The translations under genes and the position numbers were made by a program. Under the pieces are notes generated by a model, which was not told the origin of the DNA, did no database searches, and saw only the letters and a list, made by a program, of their open reading frames with translations. Below are positions 33,632 through 41,846 of a DNA stretch of 41,846 bases, piece by piece (the first letter of the stretch is position 1; every line of letters starts with the position of its first letter). Source of the DNA: a virus; the IMG/VR virus record IMGVR_UViG_3300021426_003461; one strand, 5' to 3'.

Positions 33632-35871
33632 TGATAAAAATATACTTTGATGATCAACTCATAGATGATGAAAACTATGTACAAATAAAAAATGAATTTA
33701 AATTATTTGATGAGGAGTTCTATTTAGGAGCTTCTTCATCAAATACATTCGATATAACCATACCATCGACTGCTGTAGAAACAATACCAGAAAAAATAAC
33801 AATAGAAGTTGATGATGAACCTTATGCAACTTTAATAGTTGATGACTATAACTATAAAGATAACAACATGCTAGAACTAAAACTTGTTGATAAAATGGTA
33901 AATCTAAATAAAGGATATGATGCTTCTAGTATTGTTCCATGTACTACAGGGAATATTTATAGAAATATATTGAGCACATTTGATATAGAAACAGATGTGA
34001 CATCATTTACGAATGATGATATTGTAGTTGACTACTACGATAATACGATAAGTGGGTTAGAATACATGCAATATCTTGCAGAGTTGAATGGTGGATATTC
34101 ACAGATAAATAGTAATGGGAAACATGAATTAAAAGAATTTAAAGAAAGTTCGACAAGAATTGATATAAATGAATGTTCTGATTTTAAGTTAGGACAAAAG
34201 CACAAAATAGAAAGAGTAGTATTTGATAATGGATTGCTAAAATTTGAAACAAGTTCGGATGAGTCGTTAGAAACATTGTATCTTAATCAGAACAATGTTT
34301 TTATTAACACTGAAACTGTGTTTAACAAAATTGCTAATAAGATATTAAATTTTGAATTTTATTCTATAACTGTATCTAATTGCCCAATTGATCCAAGTGT
34401 AAGAGCTGGGGACATCATAACATTTTATGATGATGATGGAAATGAATATCCAACAATTGCACAATATTCTTTAAATTATAATGGTGGCTGGATTGGTGGA
34501 TATAGTTTAGATATTAATTCTAAACAAAGACAAGAAACCAAAATAAAGGGTGATATTGAAAGAGTAAAAGCACTTGCAGTTACATTGGATAGAAATTTAA
34601 ATGAATTAAGAATAGATGTCAGAGAGACAGAACAAAGTGTAGAAGATTTAGCTAATTCAATAGAATTTTTTAGTGTTGATTTGGCACAAGAAAATTTAGT
34701 TATTTCAACGTATAAGAATTCAAAACCATACAACAATGCTACTTATAACATAAATTATTATGGTTATTTTAAAGGAGCTCAGATAACTCCTAGTGTGTCT
34801 ATTTCAGGATCACAAAACGGAGTTACAACAACTAGTGATTCAACAAAATTGATGTTTAGTGTTTCAAATACAACAGCTATAGCAAATAAAACGTTTACTT
34901 ATGATGTTACATTCAGCTATACAGATACTGAAACAGGGACTTCATATAGTGTATTAAAGAAAGTAATGGTAACTCTAGCATTGCAAGGAGAAACTGGTCC
35001 AGCAGGTCAAAATGGAGCAGATGGAACAAGCACTTATTTTTATGTAAGGTATTCTAAAAATGCTAGTGGAAATCCTATGGTAGTAACTCCAACATCTGAA
35101 ACAGAGTATATGGGAGTTGCAACTACAACAAGTCCAACTGCTCCAACTTCATATTCTGCATATACATGGTCAAAAACAAGAGGTGCTCAAGGAATTCAAG
35201 GGCCATCAGGAGAAGATGGAATAAGTTCTTATTTACATATAAAATATTCTGATGATGGTGAAAACTTTACAGAAGACAATGGAGAAACTCCAGGTGTTTG
35301 GCAAGGAACATATATTGATACTAACCCAACAGATTCAGAAGAATTTGATGACTATAATTGGGTAGATACATCTATATATGTAAAAGATGACTTAATGAGT
35401 CTGCAAGATAATATAAATCAAACTAACACCAATATCACTAATGTAACCACAAATTTAAAAAATAATTATTTAACAAGTGAAGAAGTAAATGCTTTACAAA
35501 AACATAATGAAGAAACATTAAATCAATTAAAGGAAGAGTATGCATCTCTAGCAACTACATCAAACCAAGTTCAAATTCAAGTTGGATCTATTTTAAGTAA
35601 TGGTGTTAATAAAATAACAACCGCTACGGGATATACATTTGATGAGAATGGTCTTGATATTTCTAAAAAGGGAGAAGAAATGCATAACTCAATGAATAAC
35701 GTAGGTATGTATGTAAAAAGAAATGAGTATGAAGTATTAGGAGCAGATTCAAGTGGTGTTAGAGCTGAAAATATAACAGTAAGAAATTATCTAACCGTGG
35801 GAAAAAATTCAAGATTTGAAGATTATAAAACCAACCGCACAGGTTGTTTTTTTGTTGGGAGTGATAGCTGA
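33631..35871 (+). CDS. Tail minor structural / baseplate hub protein with C-terminal coiled coil
   Basis: Position; ERVKALAVTLDRNLNELRIDVRETEQ; GETGPAGQNGADGTSTYFYVRYS collagen-like motif. Confidence 0.78.
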   Translation: MIKIYFDDQLIDDENYVQIKNEFKLFDEEFYLGASSSNTFDITIPSTAVETIPEKITIEVDDEPYATLIVDDYNYKDNNMLELKLVDKMVNLNKGYDASSIVPCTTGNIYRNILSTFDIETDVTSFTNDDIVVDYYDNTISGLEYMQYLAELNGGYSQINSNGKHELKEFKESSTRIDINECSDFKLGQKHKIERVVFDNGLLKFETSSDESLETLYLNQNNVFINTETVFNKIANKILNFEFYSITVSNCPIDPSVRAGDIITFYDDDGNEYPTIAQYSLNYNGGWIGGYSLDINSKQRQETKIKGDIERVKALAVTLDRNLNELRIDVRETEQSVEDLANSIEFFSVDLAQENLVISTYKNSKPYNNATYNINYYGYFKGAQITPSVSISGSQNGVTTTSDSTKLMFSVSNTTAIANKTFTYDVTFSYTDTETGTSYSVLKKVMVTLALQGETGPAGQNGADGTSTYFYVRYSKNASGNPMVVTPTSETEYMGVATTTSPTAPTSYSAYTWSKTRGAQGIQGPSGEDGISSYLHIKYSDDGENFTEDNGETPGVWQGTYIDTNPTDSEEFDDYNWVDTSIYVKDDLMSLQDNINQTNTNITNVTTNLKNNYLTSEEVNALQKHNEETLNQLKEEYASLATTSNQVQIQVGSILSNGVNKITTATGYTFDENGLDISKKGEEMHNSMNNVGMYVKRNEYEVLGADSSGVRAENITVRNYLTVGKNSRFEDYKTNRTGCFFVGSDS

Positions 35872-37235
35872 TGGCAAACTCAATAGGACGAGTATACCTA
35901 AATGGATGTAACTATGAAATAGCTTATGACTTACTGAGTCAGAACATAGCTAATAATACATCAACAGTACGTTTTTATGGTATCTTACATGTAACAAATA
36001 ACTATATTGCGTGGTCCAGAGGTACTGCTAGAGTTTGGGGAAAGACAAATAGCTTAGGGACTAGATATAATAAAGGTGATCATTGGCTTGTTCAACAAGA
36101 TGCTACTATTTCACATAACGCAGATGGAACTAAGACAGGCGTGTACGTTGATGGTTCATTAAACACTTCTTTCGTTAGTGGCTCGGCAAGCGGATATATT
36201 AATCTTCCGACGATTCCAAGGGCGAGTTCAATAACTGCAACTGATGCTTATGTTGAATCTGCAACAAGTATTAATATTTCAAGAGCAACATCAAGCTTTA
36301 AGCATAAAATAACTTACTCATTTGAAGGATTAACGGGAACTGTTGCAGAAAATGTTGATACAAACTATGGATGGACAATCCCAAATAGTTTGTACGATAA
36401 ATTAACAACAAAGAGTAGTGCTACTTGTACATTAACTTGTCAAACATATAATGGTTCTACACTAATAGGTAGCAAGTCTACAACATTTAAAGTATCTGTA
36501 GATGCGGAAAAAAACAGACCAAGTATAACTGCAACAATTGTTGACACAAATGCAACAACAATAAATCTGACAGGTTCAAATGCAAAATTAATTAAATATT
36601 ATTCAAATGCAAAAGTTACTATGACTGCAACCGCTAAAAATGGAGCTACTATAAAAAGTAAGAAAATTTCATGTGGTGATGGGAAAAGTCTTACAGATAA
36701 TGGAACAATTAATAATGTTGAATCAGGAAAGTTTACAATTAGTGCGACAGACTCACGAGACATTTCTAATTCAATAAGTAAGACACAAGATATAGTGGAA
36801 TATATAAAATTGTCTCTAAATGCTAATTTTTATAGAAGTCAGCCGACTAACAATGAAGTGGTTTTAGATTATAGTGGAAATTTCTTTAACAAGTCATTTG
36901 GAAGCGTTACTAATACTTTAAGCCTAAAATATAGGTATAAAGAACATAGTTCGTCCACATGGAGTAGTTATACTAATTTAACGCCAACGAAAAGTGGTGA
37001 TACTTTCAATAAAGGATCTACTGTAAAGTCATTAGGGAGCGTTTTTGATTATAGAAAAGAATATGATTTTGAACTAGTTGCTGCAGATAAATTAATGACA
37101 ATTACTGCAAAACAGACCATTTCAGTAGGAAAACCAATTTTTGATTGGGGAAAAGAAGATTTTCAATTTAATGTACCTGTATTTTTAAAAGATGGGAACG
37201 AAATACTAGAATATGAAGTGGTAGATGAATGGTAG
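35871..37235 (+). CDS. DUF859-like siphovirus tail structural protein
   Basis: STVRFYGILHVTNNYIAWSRGTARVW...SHNADGTKTGVYVDGSLNTSF...GYINLPTIPRAS. Confidence 0.8.
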   Translation: MANSIGRVYLNGCNYEIAYDLLSQNIANNTSTVRFYGILHVTNNYIAWSRGTARVWGKTNSLGTRYNKGDHWLVQQDATISHNADGTKTGVYVDGSLNTSFVSGSASGYINLPTIPRASSITATDAYVESATSINISRATSSFKHKITYSFEGLTGTVAENVDTNYGWTIPNSLYDKLTTKSSATCTLTCQTYNGSTLIGSKSTTFKVSVDAEKNRPSITATIVDTNATTINLTGSNAKLIKYYSNAKVTMTATAKNGATIKSKKISCGDGKSLTDNGTINNVESGKFTISATDSRDISNSISKTQDIVEYIKLSLNANFYRSQPTNNEVVLDYSGNFFNKSFGSVTNTLSLKYRYKEHSSSTWSSYTNLTPTKSGDTFNKGSTVKSLGSVFDYRKEYDFELVAADKLMTITAKQTISVGKPIFDWGKEDFQFNVPVFLKDGNEILEYEVVDEW

Positions 37236-37246
37236 GAGGAATAGAT

Positions 37247-37372
37247 ATGAAAAAATGGCTTGAATATATATATATATATATACCATTTCAACGAATTCGA
37301 GAGAGGAGGTACACTTATTATTTAAGCATATCTCCTTTTTATATACCTCTTGTAAAGGAGGTTATAATTTAG
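37247..37372 (+). CDS. Possible 41-aa ORF containing an AT dinucleotide tract
   Basis: AGGAGG 8 nt upstream of ATG; MKKWLEYIYIYIPFQRIRERRYTYY... Confidence 0.3.
   Translation: MKKWLEYIYIYIPFQRIRERRYTYYLSISPFYIPLVKEVII
37264..37282. repeat. AT dinucleotide microsatellite (19 nt)
   Basis: ATATATATATATATATATA. Confidence 0.9.
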
Positions 37373-37384
37373 GCGGTGGTCTAT

Positions 37385-37792
37385 ATGGGTAGTAAGGCGG
37401 TTAAATTTAAAGATAATAGCGGTAATGCTGTTTATCCTTGCCCCTATTATCCAGTAGGCTCAATTTATATGTCCGTTAATAATATAAACCCAGCTAATTT
37501 TTTTGGAGGTAAATGGGAGCAAATTAAAGACCGCTTTTTATTAGCGTGCGGTAACACCTACTCAAATGGGGCTACTGGTGGAGAGACTGAACATACGTTG
37601 ACAGCCAATGAGTTACCAGTTAGCGTAGTTGTAAGAGAGGAAAGAACAACTGGAGCGGGTAATAAAAACTGGTCGCAACCCATAAGCGGTTGGGCTAACT
37701 ATGAAAATGGTTACGGACAAACCAATAGAGGTAAACCTCATAATAATATGCCACCGTACTTAGCGGTTTATGTTTGGAAACGTACAGCCTAA
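37385..37792 (+). CDS. Tail tip/receptor-binding protein 1
   Basis: YPVGSIYMSVNNINPANFFGGKWEQIKDRFLLACG...PHNNMPPYLAVYVWKRTA. Confidence 0.75.
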   Translation: MGSKAVKFKDNSGNAVYPCPYYPVGSIYMSVNNINPANFFGGKWEQIKDRFLLACGNTYSNGATGGETEHTLTANELPVSVVVREERTTGAGNKNWSQPISGWANYENGYGQTNRGKPHNNMPPYLAVYVWKRTA

Positions 37793-37804
37793 ATTAAAAT
37801 AAAA

Positions 37805-38254
37805 ATGAGTAAAAGTATTCAATTAAAAAATAGTAATAACGAAAAGATGTATCCACACCCATATTATCCAGTTGGTAGTATATACCTCAGTGTAAATGAC
37901 ACAAACCCTACTAAATGGTTTGGTGGAACGTGGGAGCAAATAGCCAAAGGTCGTACTTTGGTTGGAGTTGATACAAACGATACTAATTTTAACACAGTAA
38001 AGAAAACTGGAGGAGCAAAAACACATACTTTAACAGTTGACGAGATACCAAGCCATAACCACGATTTTTATAATGGAAATGATAATCGTGTTTTATATTG
38101 GGACGTATCGGGTTTAACCTCTATTGGTGGGTTAGCGAGTGGTACAACCGTTAAATATAGTTGGGATAGTAGAACAAAGACAACTGGAGGAGGTAAAGCC
38201 CATAACAACTTACAACCATACTTTACGTGTTATATATGGTGTCGTACAGCTTAG
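37805..38254 (+). CDS. Tail tip/receptor-binding protein 2
   Basis: YPVGSIYLSVNDTNPTKWFGGTWEQIAKGRTLVGVD...AHNNLQPYFTCYIWCRTA. Confidence 0.75.
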   Translation: MSKSIQLKNSNNEKMYPHPYYPVGSIYLSVNDTNPTKWFGGTWEQIAKGRTLVGVDTNDTNFNTVKKTGGAKTHTLTVDEIPSHNHDFYNGNDNRVLYWDVSGLTSIGGLASGTTVKYSWDSRTKTTGGGKAHNNLQPYFTCYIWCRTA

Positions 38255-38269
38255 ATAATAAGTCATAAT

Positions 38270-38671
38270 ATGGCTAAATCAATTAAATTTAAAAATAATA
38301 CTTATTTAGATAGTATAAGTGTTGTACACAAAAAAGAAAACTTAAAAGATATTTTAGAGCGTCCATTATTACAATATGAGGGAACTTTTAATAATACATC
38401 AACTGCTAAAGTTAACGTAAATATTCCAAGTGATGGTATTTATTTTGTTAGTATGAGTTACTATGCTAATCAAGGTGGCTATCAAGATAATTTTATTGAG
38501 CCACATTGTGGTAATTTATGGTATTCAAGAGACATACGAAGTACTTGGGTTGTTGGAGCAAGTATTAGTAATATTTTAAAGTTGGGTAAAGGAAATCAAC
38601 AAATAGGATATTTTGCATTTAATAAAAATTGTAGTGGAAAATGGAACGCTACACTATTTAGACTAGATTAA
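38270..38671 (+). CDS. Tail tip protein 3, beta-rich head domain
   Basis: AKSIKFKNNTYLDS N-terminus shared with preceding two; glycine/beta-rich C-terminus. Confidence 0.6.
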   Translation: MAKSIKFKNNTYLDSISVVHKKENLKDILERPLLQYEGTFNNTSTAKVNVNIPSDGIYFVSMSYYANQGGYQDNFIEPHCGNLWYSRDIRSTWVVGASISNILKLGKGNQQIGYFAFNKNCSGKWNATLFRLD

Positions 38672-38680
38672 GGAGGAATA

Positions 38681-39010
38681 ATGGATTTATTAGGAAACAT
38701 AAAACTAGAAGAATTAATTAATACAATAATTCTGCTAGCAAGTTTTGTGGGTGCTTTAGGAGTTCTTCAAAAAGTAACTACAAAAAAAATAGAAGAACTA
38801 TTTGAACCTGTAAACAACAAATTAGAAGAGGAGAGAATGTCAAGATTAAGGAGTGATATTGTCAGTCTAATGTGTGGAGCAGAGAATGGTTCTTTATCTG
38901 AAGAACAAAAAATATTGGCTCACGAAGAATATGATGAGTATGTCAAATTAGGTGGCAATTCATACGTTCATTCCAAGTGGGAAAAGTTAGAAAAGGAAGG
39001 TAAGATTTAA
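38681..39010 (+). CDS. Holin-associated membrane protein
   Basis: N-terminal TM TIILLASFVGALGVLQK; before holin. Confidence 0.6.
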   Translation: MDLLGNIKLEELINTIILLASFVGALGVLQKVTTKKIEELFEPVNNKLEEERMSRLRSDIVSLMCGAENGSLSEEQKILAHEEYDEYVKLGGNSYVHSKWEKLEKEGKI

Positions 39011-39011
39011 A

Positions 39012-39209
39012 ATGAAGAACAGATTAGCAAAATTGATTGACTTAAAATCAATTATTACATTAATTATGACAATTGGTTTAGTAATTGGATTTATAGTTAA
39101 TAAGGTATCAAGTGAGCAATTTGTAACATTTGTTACAATGGTGTTCACTTTTTATTTTTCAAAAACAAATACTAGTAAAGAAGCAAGTACTGAAAAAGGA
39201 GATGAGTAA
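39012..39209 (+). CDS. Phage holin
   Basis: Two TM segments SIITLIMTIGLVIGFIV / QFVTFVTMVFTFYF; before endolysin. Confidence 0.75.
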   Translation: MKNRLAKLIDLKSIITLIMTIGLVIGFIVNKVSSEQFVTFVTMVFTFYFSKTNTSKEASTEKGDE

Positions 39210-39210
39210 T

Positions 39211-39300
39211 ATGGCAACAACAGATAAAAGAACAGTAGAAGAAATCAAAAAAGATTTAGCAAGAGATGATTCTAAAAAGGAGGCTGAGAAGAATGATTAA
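39211..39300 (+). CDS. 29-aa peptide MATTDKRTVEEIKKDLARDDSKKEAEKND
   Basis: SD GGAG upstream, coupled to endolysin start. Confidence 0.35.
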   Translation: MATTDKRTVEEIKKDLARDDSKKEAEKND

Positions 39301-40228
39301 AGGTCAAAAATCAGTTAGAGGTGGAATAGAAGACTTTCTATGCCCTTTTACTAATATGTATATTACTCAAGGTTCAAATAGTGCATATTCTCACAAAGGA
39401 ATAATGGCAAATGATGTAAGAGGATTACAAGTAGGAGTTAGATATCCATATTATGCACCTTGTACTTGCAAATGCTTAAAAACTTATCCAAGTTCAGGTC
39501 AAGTTATGTGGCAATCTATTAATAAAGTAAGATTTGCAAATGGTAGAATTGATTATGCAACATTTATGACTGTACATGATGATACTATGGATGCAAAAGT
39601 AGGAATGATTGTTCCACAAGGTAATCAAATTGGTAATATGGGAACAAAAGGAAATGCAACTGGAGTTCATTGCCATATAGAGGTAAGTCAATCAAATGAT
39701 ACTTCTTGGACTAAAAATCAATATGGTATTTATCATTTTAATAATGAATATGATTTAGATGCTTGTTATTTTGTAGATAATACTAATATATTAGAAGGAA
39801 TGGGTGGCGGTTGGAAGAAAACAAGCGATATTCCTGTAGAAGAACAAAAATCAGAAGGAGCAGACCAAATTTTATATTCAGGTAGCAAAGTAAAATTCAA
39901 TGGTGTATTCAAAGTAGATATTGTTAAATCACCTGTATCATCTAATTTATTCGGATGTTGTGCATTAACAGGATGTTCTCTAAATGATTACAGAAATGAA
40001 AAAGTCAAAAGTTATCATTGGCTACCAGGACAACCTTTTATTGAATGTGATCAAAATGGTAATCCAACAAAAGACCAAATGTTACAAGGTGGTATAAGCT
40101 ATGTTAAAAATGACACTATCTATAGAGTTGAAAATATAGATATACCAACACAATCAGTAGAACTTATTATAAATAATCATTCAGTATGGGTATTTAGTAA
40201 ATATCTATATGAAGTAAGTAATAGTTAA
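39293..40228 (+). CDS. M23-family endolysin
   Basis: YSHKGIMANDV, TGVHCHIEV (LytM HxH), C-terminal SH3/wall-binding-like repeats; start refined from 39266. Confidence 0.85.
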   Translation: MIKGQKSVRGGIEDFLCPFTNMYITQGSNSAYSHKGIMANDVRGLQVGVRYPYYAPCTCKCLKTYPSSGQVMWQSINKVRFANGRIDYATFMTVHDDTMDAKVGMIVPQGNQIGNMGTKGNATGVHCHIEVSQSNDTSWTKNQYGIYHFNNEYDLDACYFVDNTNILEGMGGGWKKTSDIPVEEQKSEGADQILYSGSKVKFNGVFKVDIVKSPVSSNLFGCCALTGCSLNDYRNEKVKSYHWLPGQPFIECDQNGNPTKDQMLQGGISYVKNDTIYRVENIDIPTQSVELIINNHSVWVFSKYLYEVSNS

Positions 40229-40230
40229 TA

Positions 40231-40267
40231 AAAGTGTGGTTTTTGATGACCACACTTTATTTTTTTG
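40231..40267 (+). terminator. Intrinsic terminator AAAGTGTGGT-N8-ACCACACTTTATTTTTTT
   Basis: 10-bp stem plus T run after endolysin. Confidence 0.92.
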
Positions 40268-40322
40268 CTTAAAACTTAGTAAATAAAAAATTCTTTGGGA
40301 ATAATATATTAGAGGAGATGCT

Positions 40323-40352
40323 TGACAGAATGATAAAAAATATACTAGAATA
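40323..40352 (+). promoter_or_regulatory. Promoter TTGACA-N18-TAGAAT for the accessory pair
   Basis: Consensus -35 in intergenic space downstream of late terminator. Confidence 0.6.
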
Positions 40353-40425
40353 TATTACCAATTTATGTTATTCTTTATTTAGAAGAATAGATAATAGTTG
40401 TTTAGGGTTTTGTGGAGTGATGAAT

Positions 40426-40944
40426 ATGAGTAAATACAGTGCAAAAGATATTGCAAATTGGTTTTTATGGAAAAACAAAGTTGAGCAGTTAGAAAATGAG
40501 ACAGAATATGATGATAAATATGAAGTTTATGAAGGATTATCACATTTAAAATTACAAAAATTATTATATTTTGCTCAGGGATTAAGTCTTGCTATAAATA
40601 ATGAACCACTTTTTTCAGATAAGATATATGCTTGGACTCATGGACCAGTTGTAAAAGAAGTATATGATAAATTTAAAAAATATGGTAGAAACGATATTGA
40701 ACTTTCAGTAAACGATAAAGAAATGAAAATAATAGAATCTATTGAATCAAACTCAAAAACTTCAAACATATTAAATTTGGTTTATGAAAATTTTGGTATA
40801 TATACTGCATGGCAACTTAGAGAAATGACTCATGTTCCTTCTGGGCCTTGGGAAACAACGGTAAGAACTAAAGGTATGGATAAAGAAATTGATTCCAAAT
40901 TAATCAGAAATTATTTCTTGAATAATGTAATAGAAGATGCCTAA
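40426..40944 (+). CDS. Panacea/SocA-type (DUF4065) antitoxin-like protein
   Basis: KLQKLLYFAQGLSLAINNEPLFSDKIYAWTHGPVVKEVYDKFKKYG; start refined from 40318 because a promoter overlaps the longer ORF. Confidence 0.85.
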   Translation: MSKYSAKDIANWFLWKNKVEQLENETEYDDKYEVYEGLSHLKLQKLLYFAQGLSLAINNEPLFSDKIYAWTHGPVVKEVYDKFKKYGRNDIELSVNDKEMKIIESIESNSKTSNILNLVYENFGIYTAWQLREMTHVPSGPWETTVRTKGMDKEIDSKLIRNYFLNNVIEDA

Positions 40945-41383
40945 AAAAGATAAGCCAAAAGTAAGACAGTCTATAGGTAAAATATGTACTTCATGTAATC
41001 CTAAAAAATTTTTAAAATTTAATTTTTCTTTTTTAAAAGAATATGGCAAATCAAAGCAAGAAGATGTTATACAATTGTTTGAGAGATTTCAGTTTCTTTC
41101 TTCAGATATGTATAGTGTAATGATATACAAATACCAAGGAAATAAAAAAAGTTTTATTGAGGATATTCCGGTAAATAAACTGGATATAAAAAAAGAAATT
41201 CCAAAAGACTTTCGTGATATTTTTCCTGCTGAAACAAATGAAAAATATTCGATTTTTAGGGTTTATCCATCTGGAAGACCAAGTGGTACAGCGAATCCAA
41301 GAGTTATTGGGATGATAAAAAATACAATATTTTATATATTTTATATTGATTGGGATGGTAGCCTATATAAGCATGGCAGGTAA
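40937..41383 (+). CDS. Putative toxin partner of the Panacea protein
   Basis: 8-nt ORF overlap with antitoxin-like gene; ends FRVYPSGRPSGTANPRVIGMIKNTIFYIFYIDWDGSLYKHGR. Confidence 0.6.
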   Translation: MPKKDKPKVRQSIGKICTSCNPKKFLKFNFSFLKEYGKSKQEDVIQLFERFQFLSSDMYSVMIYKYQGNKKSFIEDIPVNKLDIKKEIPKDFRDIFPAETNEKYSIFRVYPSGRPSGTANPRVIGMIKNTIFYIFYIDWDGSLYKHGR

Positions 41384-41390
41384 TTGTAGT

Positions 41391-41846
41391 TTATAACCAA
41401 CTTTTCCCGAAAATGCTTATAAATTCTTTTAAACTTTTATTATAATGATTTGCAAAGGTAGCTTGAGCTATCTTTTTTAGTCTCATCATTTCTAATGGAT
41501 GATCATGTAAGTATTTGTGTTGTTCTGGGGTGAGCCATACGAATAATCCATATTCTTCAGACTTTGGTCTGTTGGCAACCCCACCGAAGATGTGATGTTT
41601 TTCACAACCTCTAGTCTTTTTATTAAAATATAGTGTGCTATGTGGCATTATAGATACTTCATTGTAGTATCTTCCACATTTACCTTTCTTAGGTCTATAT
41701 TTATATTCAGACTTAGCTTGTAAAGGTTTATATGGTTTATACTCCTTAAATGGACAATTACTACAATCTTTGAATGTAATTTCTTTTTTATTTTTTTTAC
41801 AAAATAAAGTTTTATTTATTTTTTGTTTAAGGTTTATACAATTCAT
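41391..41846 (-). CDS. HNH/Rap-like phage nuclease-like protein with N-terminal Cys cluster
   Basis: CEKHHIFGGVANRPKSEEYGLFVWLTPEQHKYLHDHP. Confidence 0.7.
   Translation of the reverse strand: MNCINLKQKINKTLFCKKNKKEITFKDCSNCPFKEYKPYKPLQAKSEYKYRPKKGKCGRYYNEVSIMPHSTLYFNKKTRGCEKHHIFGGVANRPKSEEYGLFVWLTPEQHKYLHDHPLEMMRLKKIAQATFANHYNKSLKEFISIFGKSWL

Noticed and set aside
35831-35853. CAACC-GCACA-GGTTG-TTTTTTT as a terminator
   Set aside because: Only a 5-bp stem wholly inside the conserved-looking coding end (TNRTGCFFVGSD); could be coincidental with coding sequence.
37247-37792. AT-repeat slippage producing a fusion into the tail-tip gene
   Set aside because: The 41-aa ORF is already in the same frame as the tail-tip gene but is separated by a TAG at 37370-37372; a repeat-unit change would move out of that frame, so simple on/off fusion does not work.
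1-41846. CRISPR array
   Set aside because: No regularly spaced 24-40 nt direct repeats seen; the only phased repeat is the 11-bp iteron-like set.
1-41846. Insertion sequences or transposons
   Set aside because: No DDE or Y1/HUH transposase ORF and no terminal inverted repeats were seen; HNH genes are the only mobile-like elements.

Overview
The window looks like a near-complete temperate siphovirus (prophage) from a low-GC Firmicutes/Bacillota-like host using the standard bacterial code. Order: minus-strand integrase, TM2/zinc-ribbon protein and CI-like repressor; a divergent early operon with a Cro-like HTH and a DnaD-like initiator carrying an apparent in-gene iteron origin; helicase-loader-like proteins, RecT and an MBL-fold hydrolase; about 9 kb of small unknown early genes; a second HTH regulator; terminases, portal, MuF/minor head protein, scaffold, capsid and tail genes; tandem tail-tip proteins; a holin and M23 endolysin; and a terminal Panacea-type toxin-antitoxin pair. 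The most unusual segment is a terminator-bounded cassette (about 24758-25898) inside the head module. It encodes an HNH-like protein overlapping tRNA-Trp(CCA), then tRNA-Gly(UCC), tRNA-Gln(UUG) and an immediately adjacent ~350-nt unannotated, highly structured RNA ending in a strong terminator. Other signals of note are a -1 slippery site (T TTT TTG) joining the tail chaperone ORFs, a third copy of the CI/Cro operator buried in the cro 3' end, a toxin-like C-terminus on the MuF protein, and two near-identical terminator hairpins that contain a stop codon. All family calls come from reading motifs by eye; no database search was run.
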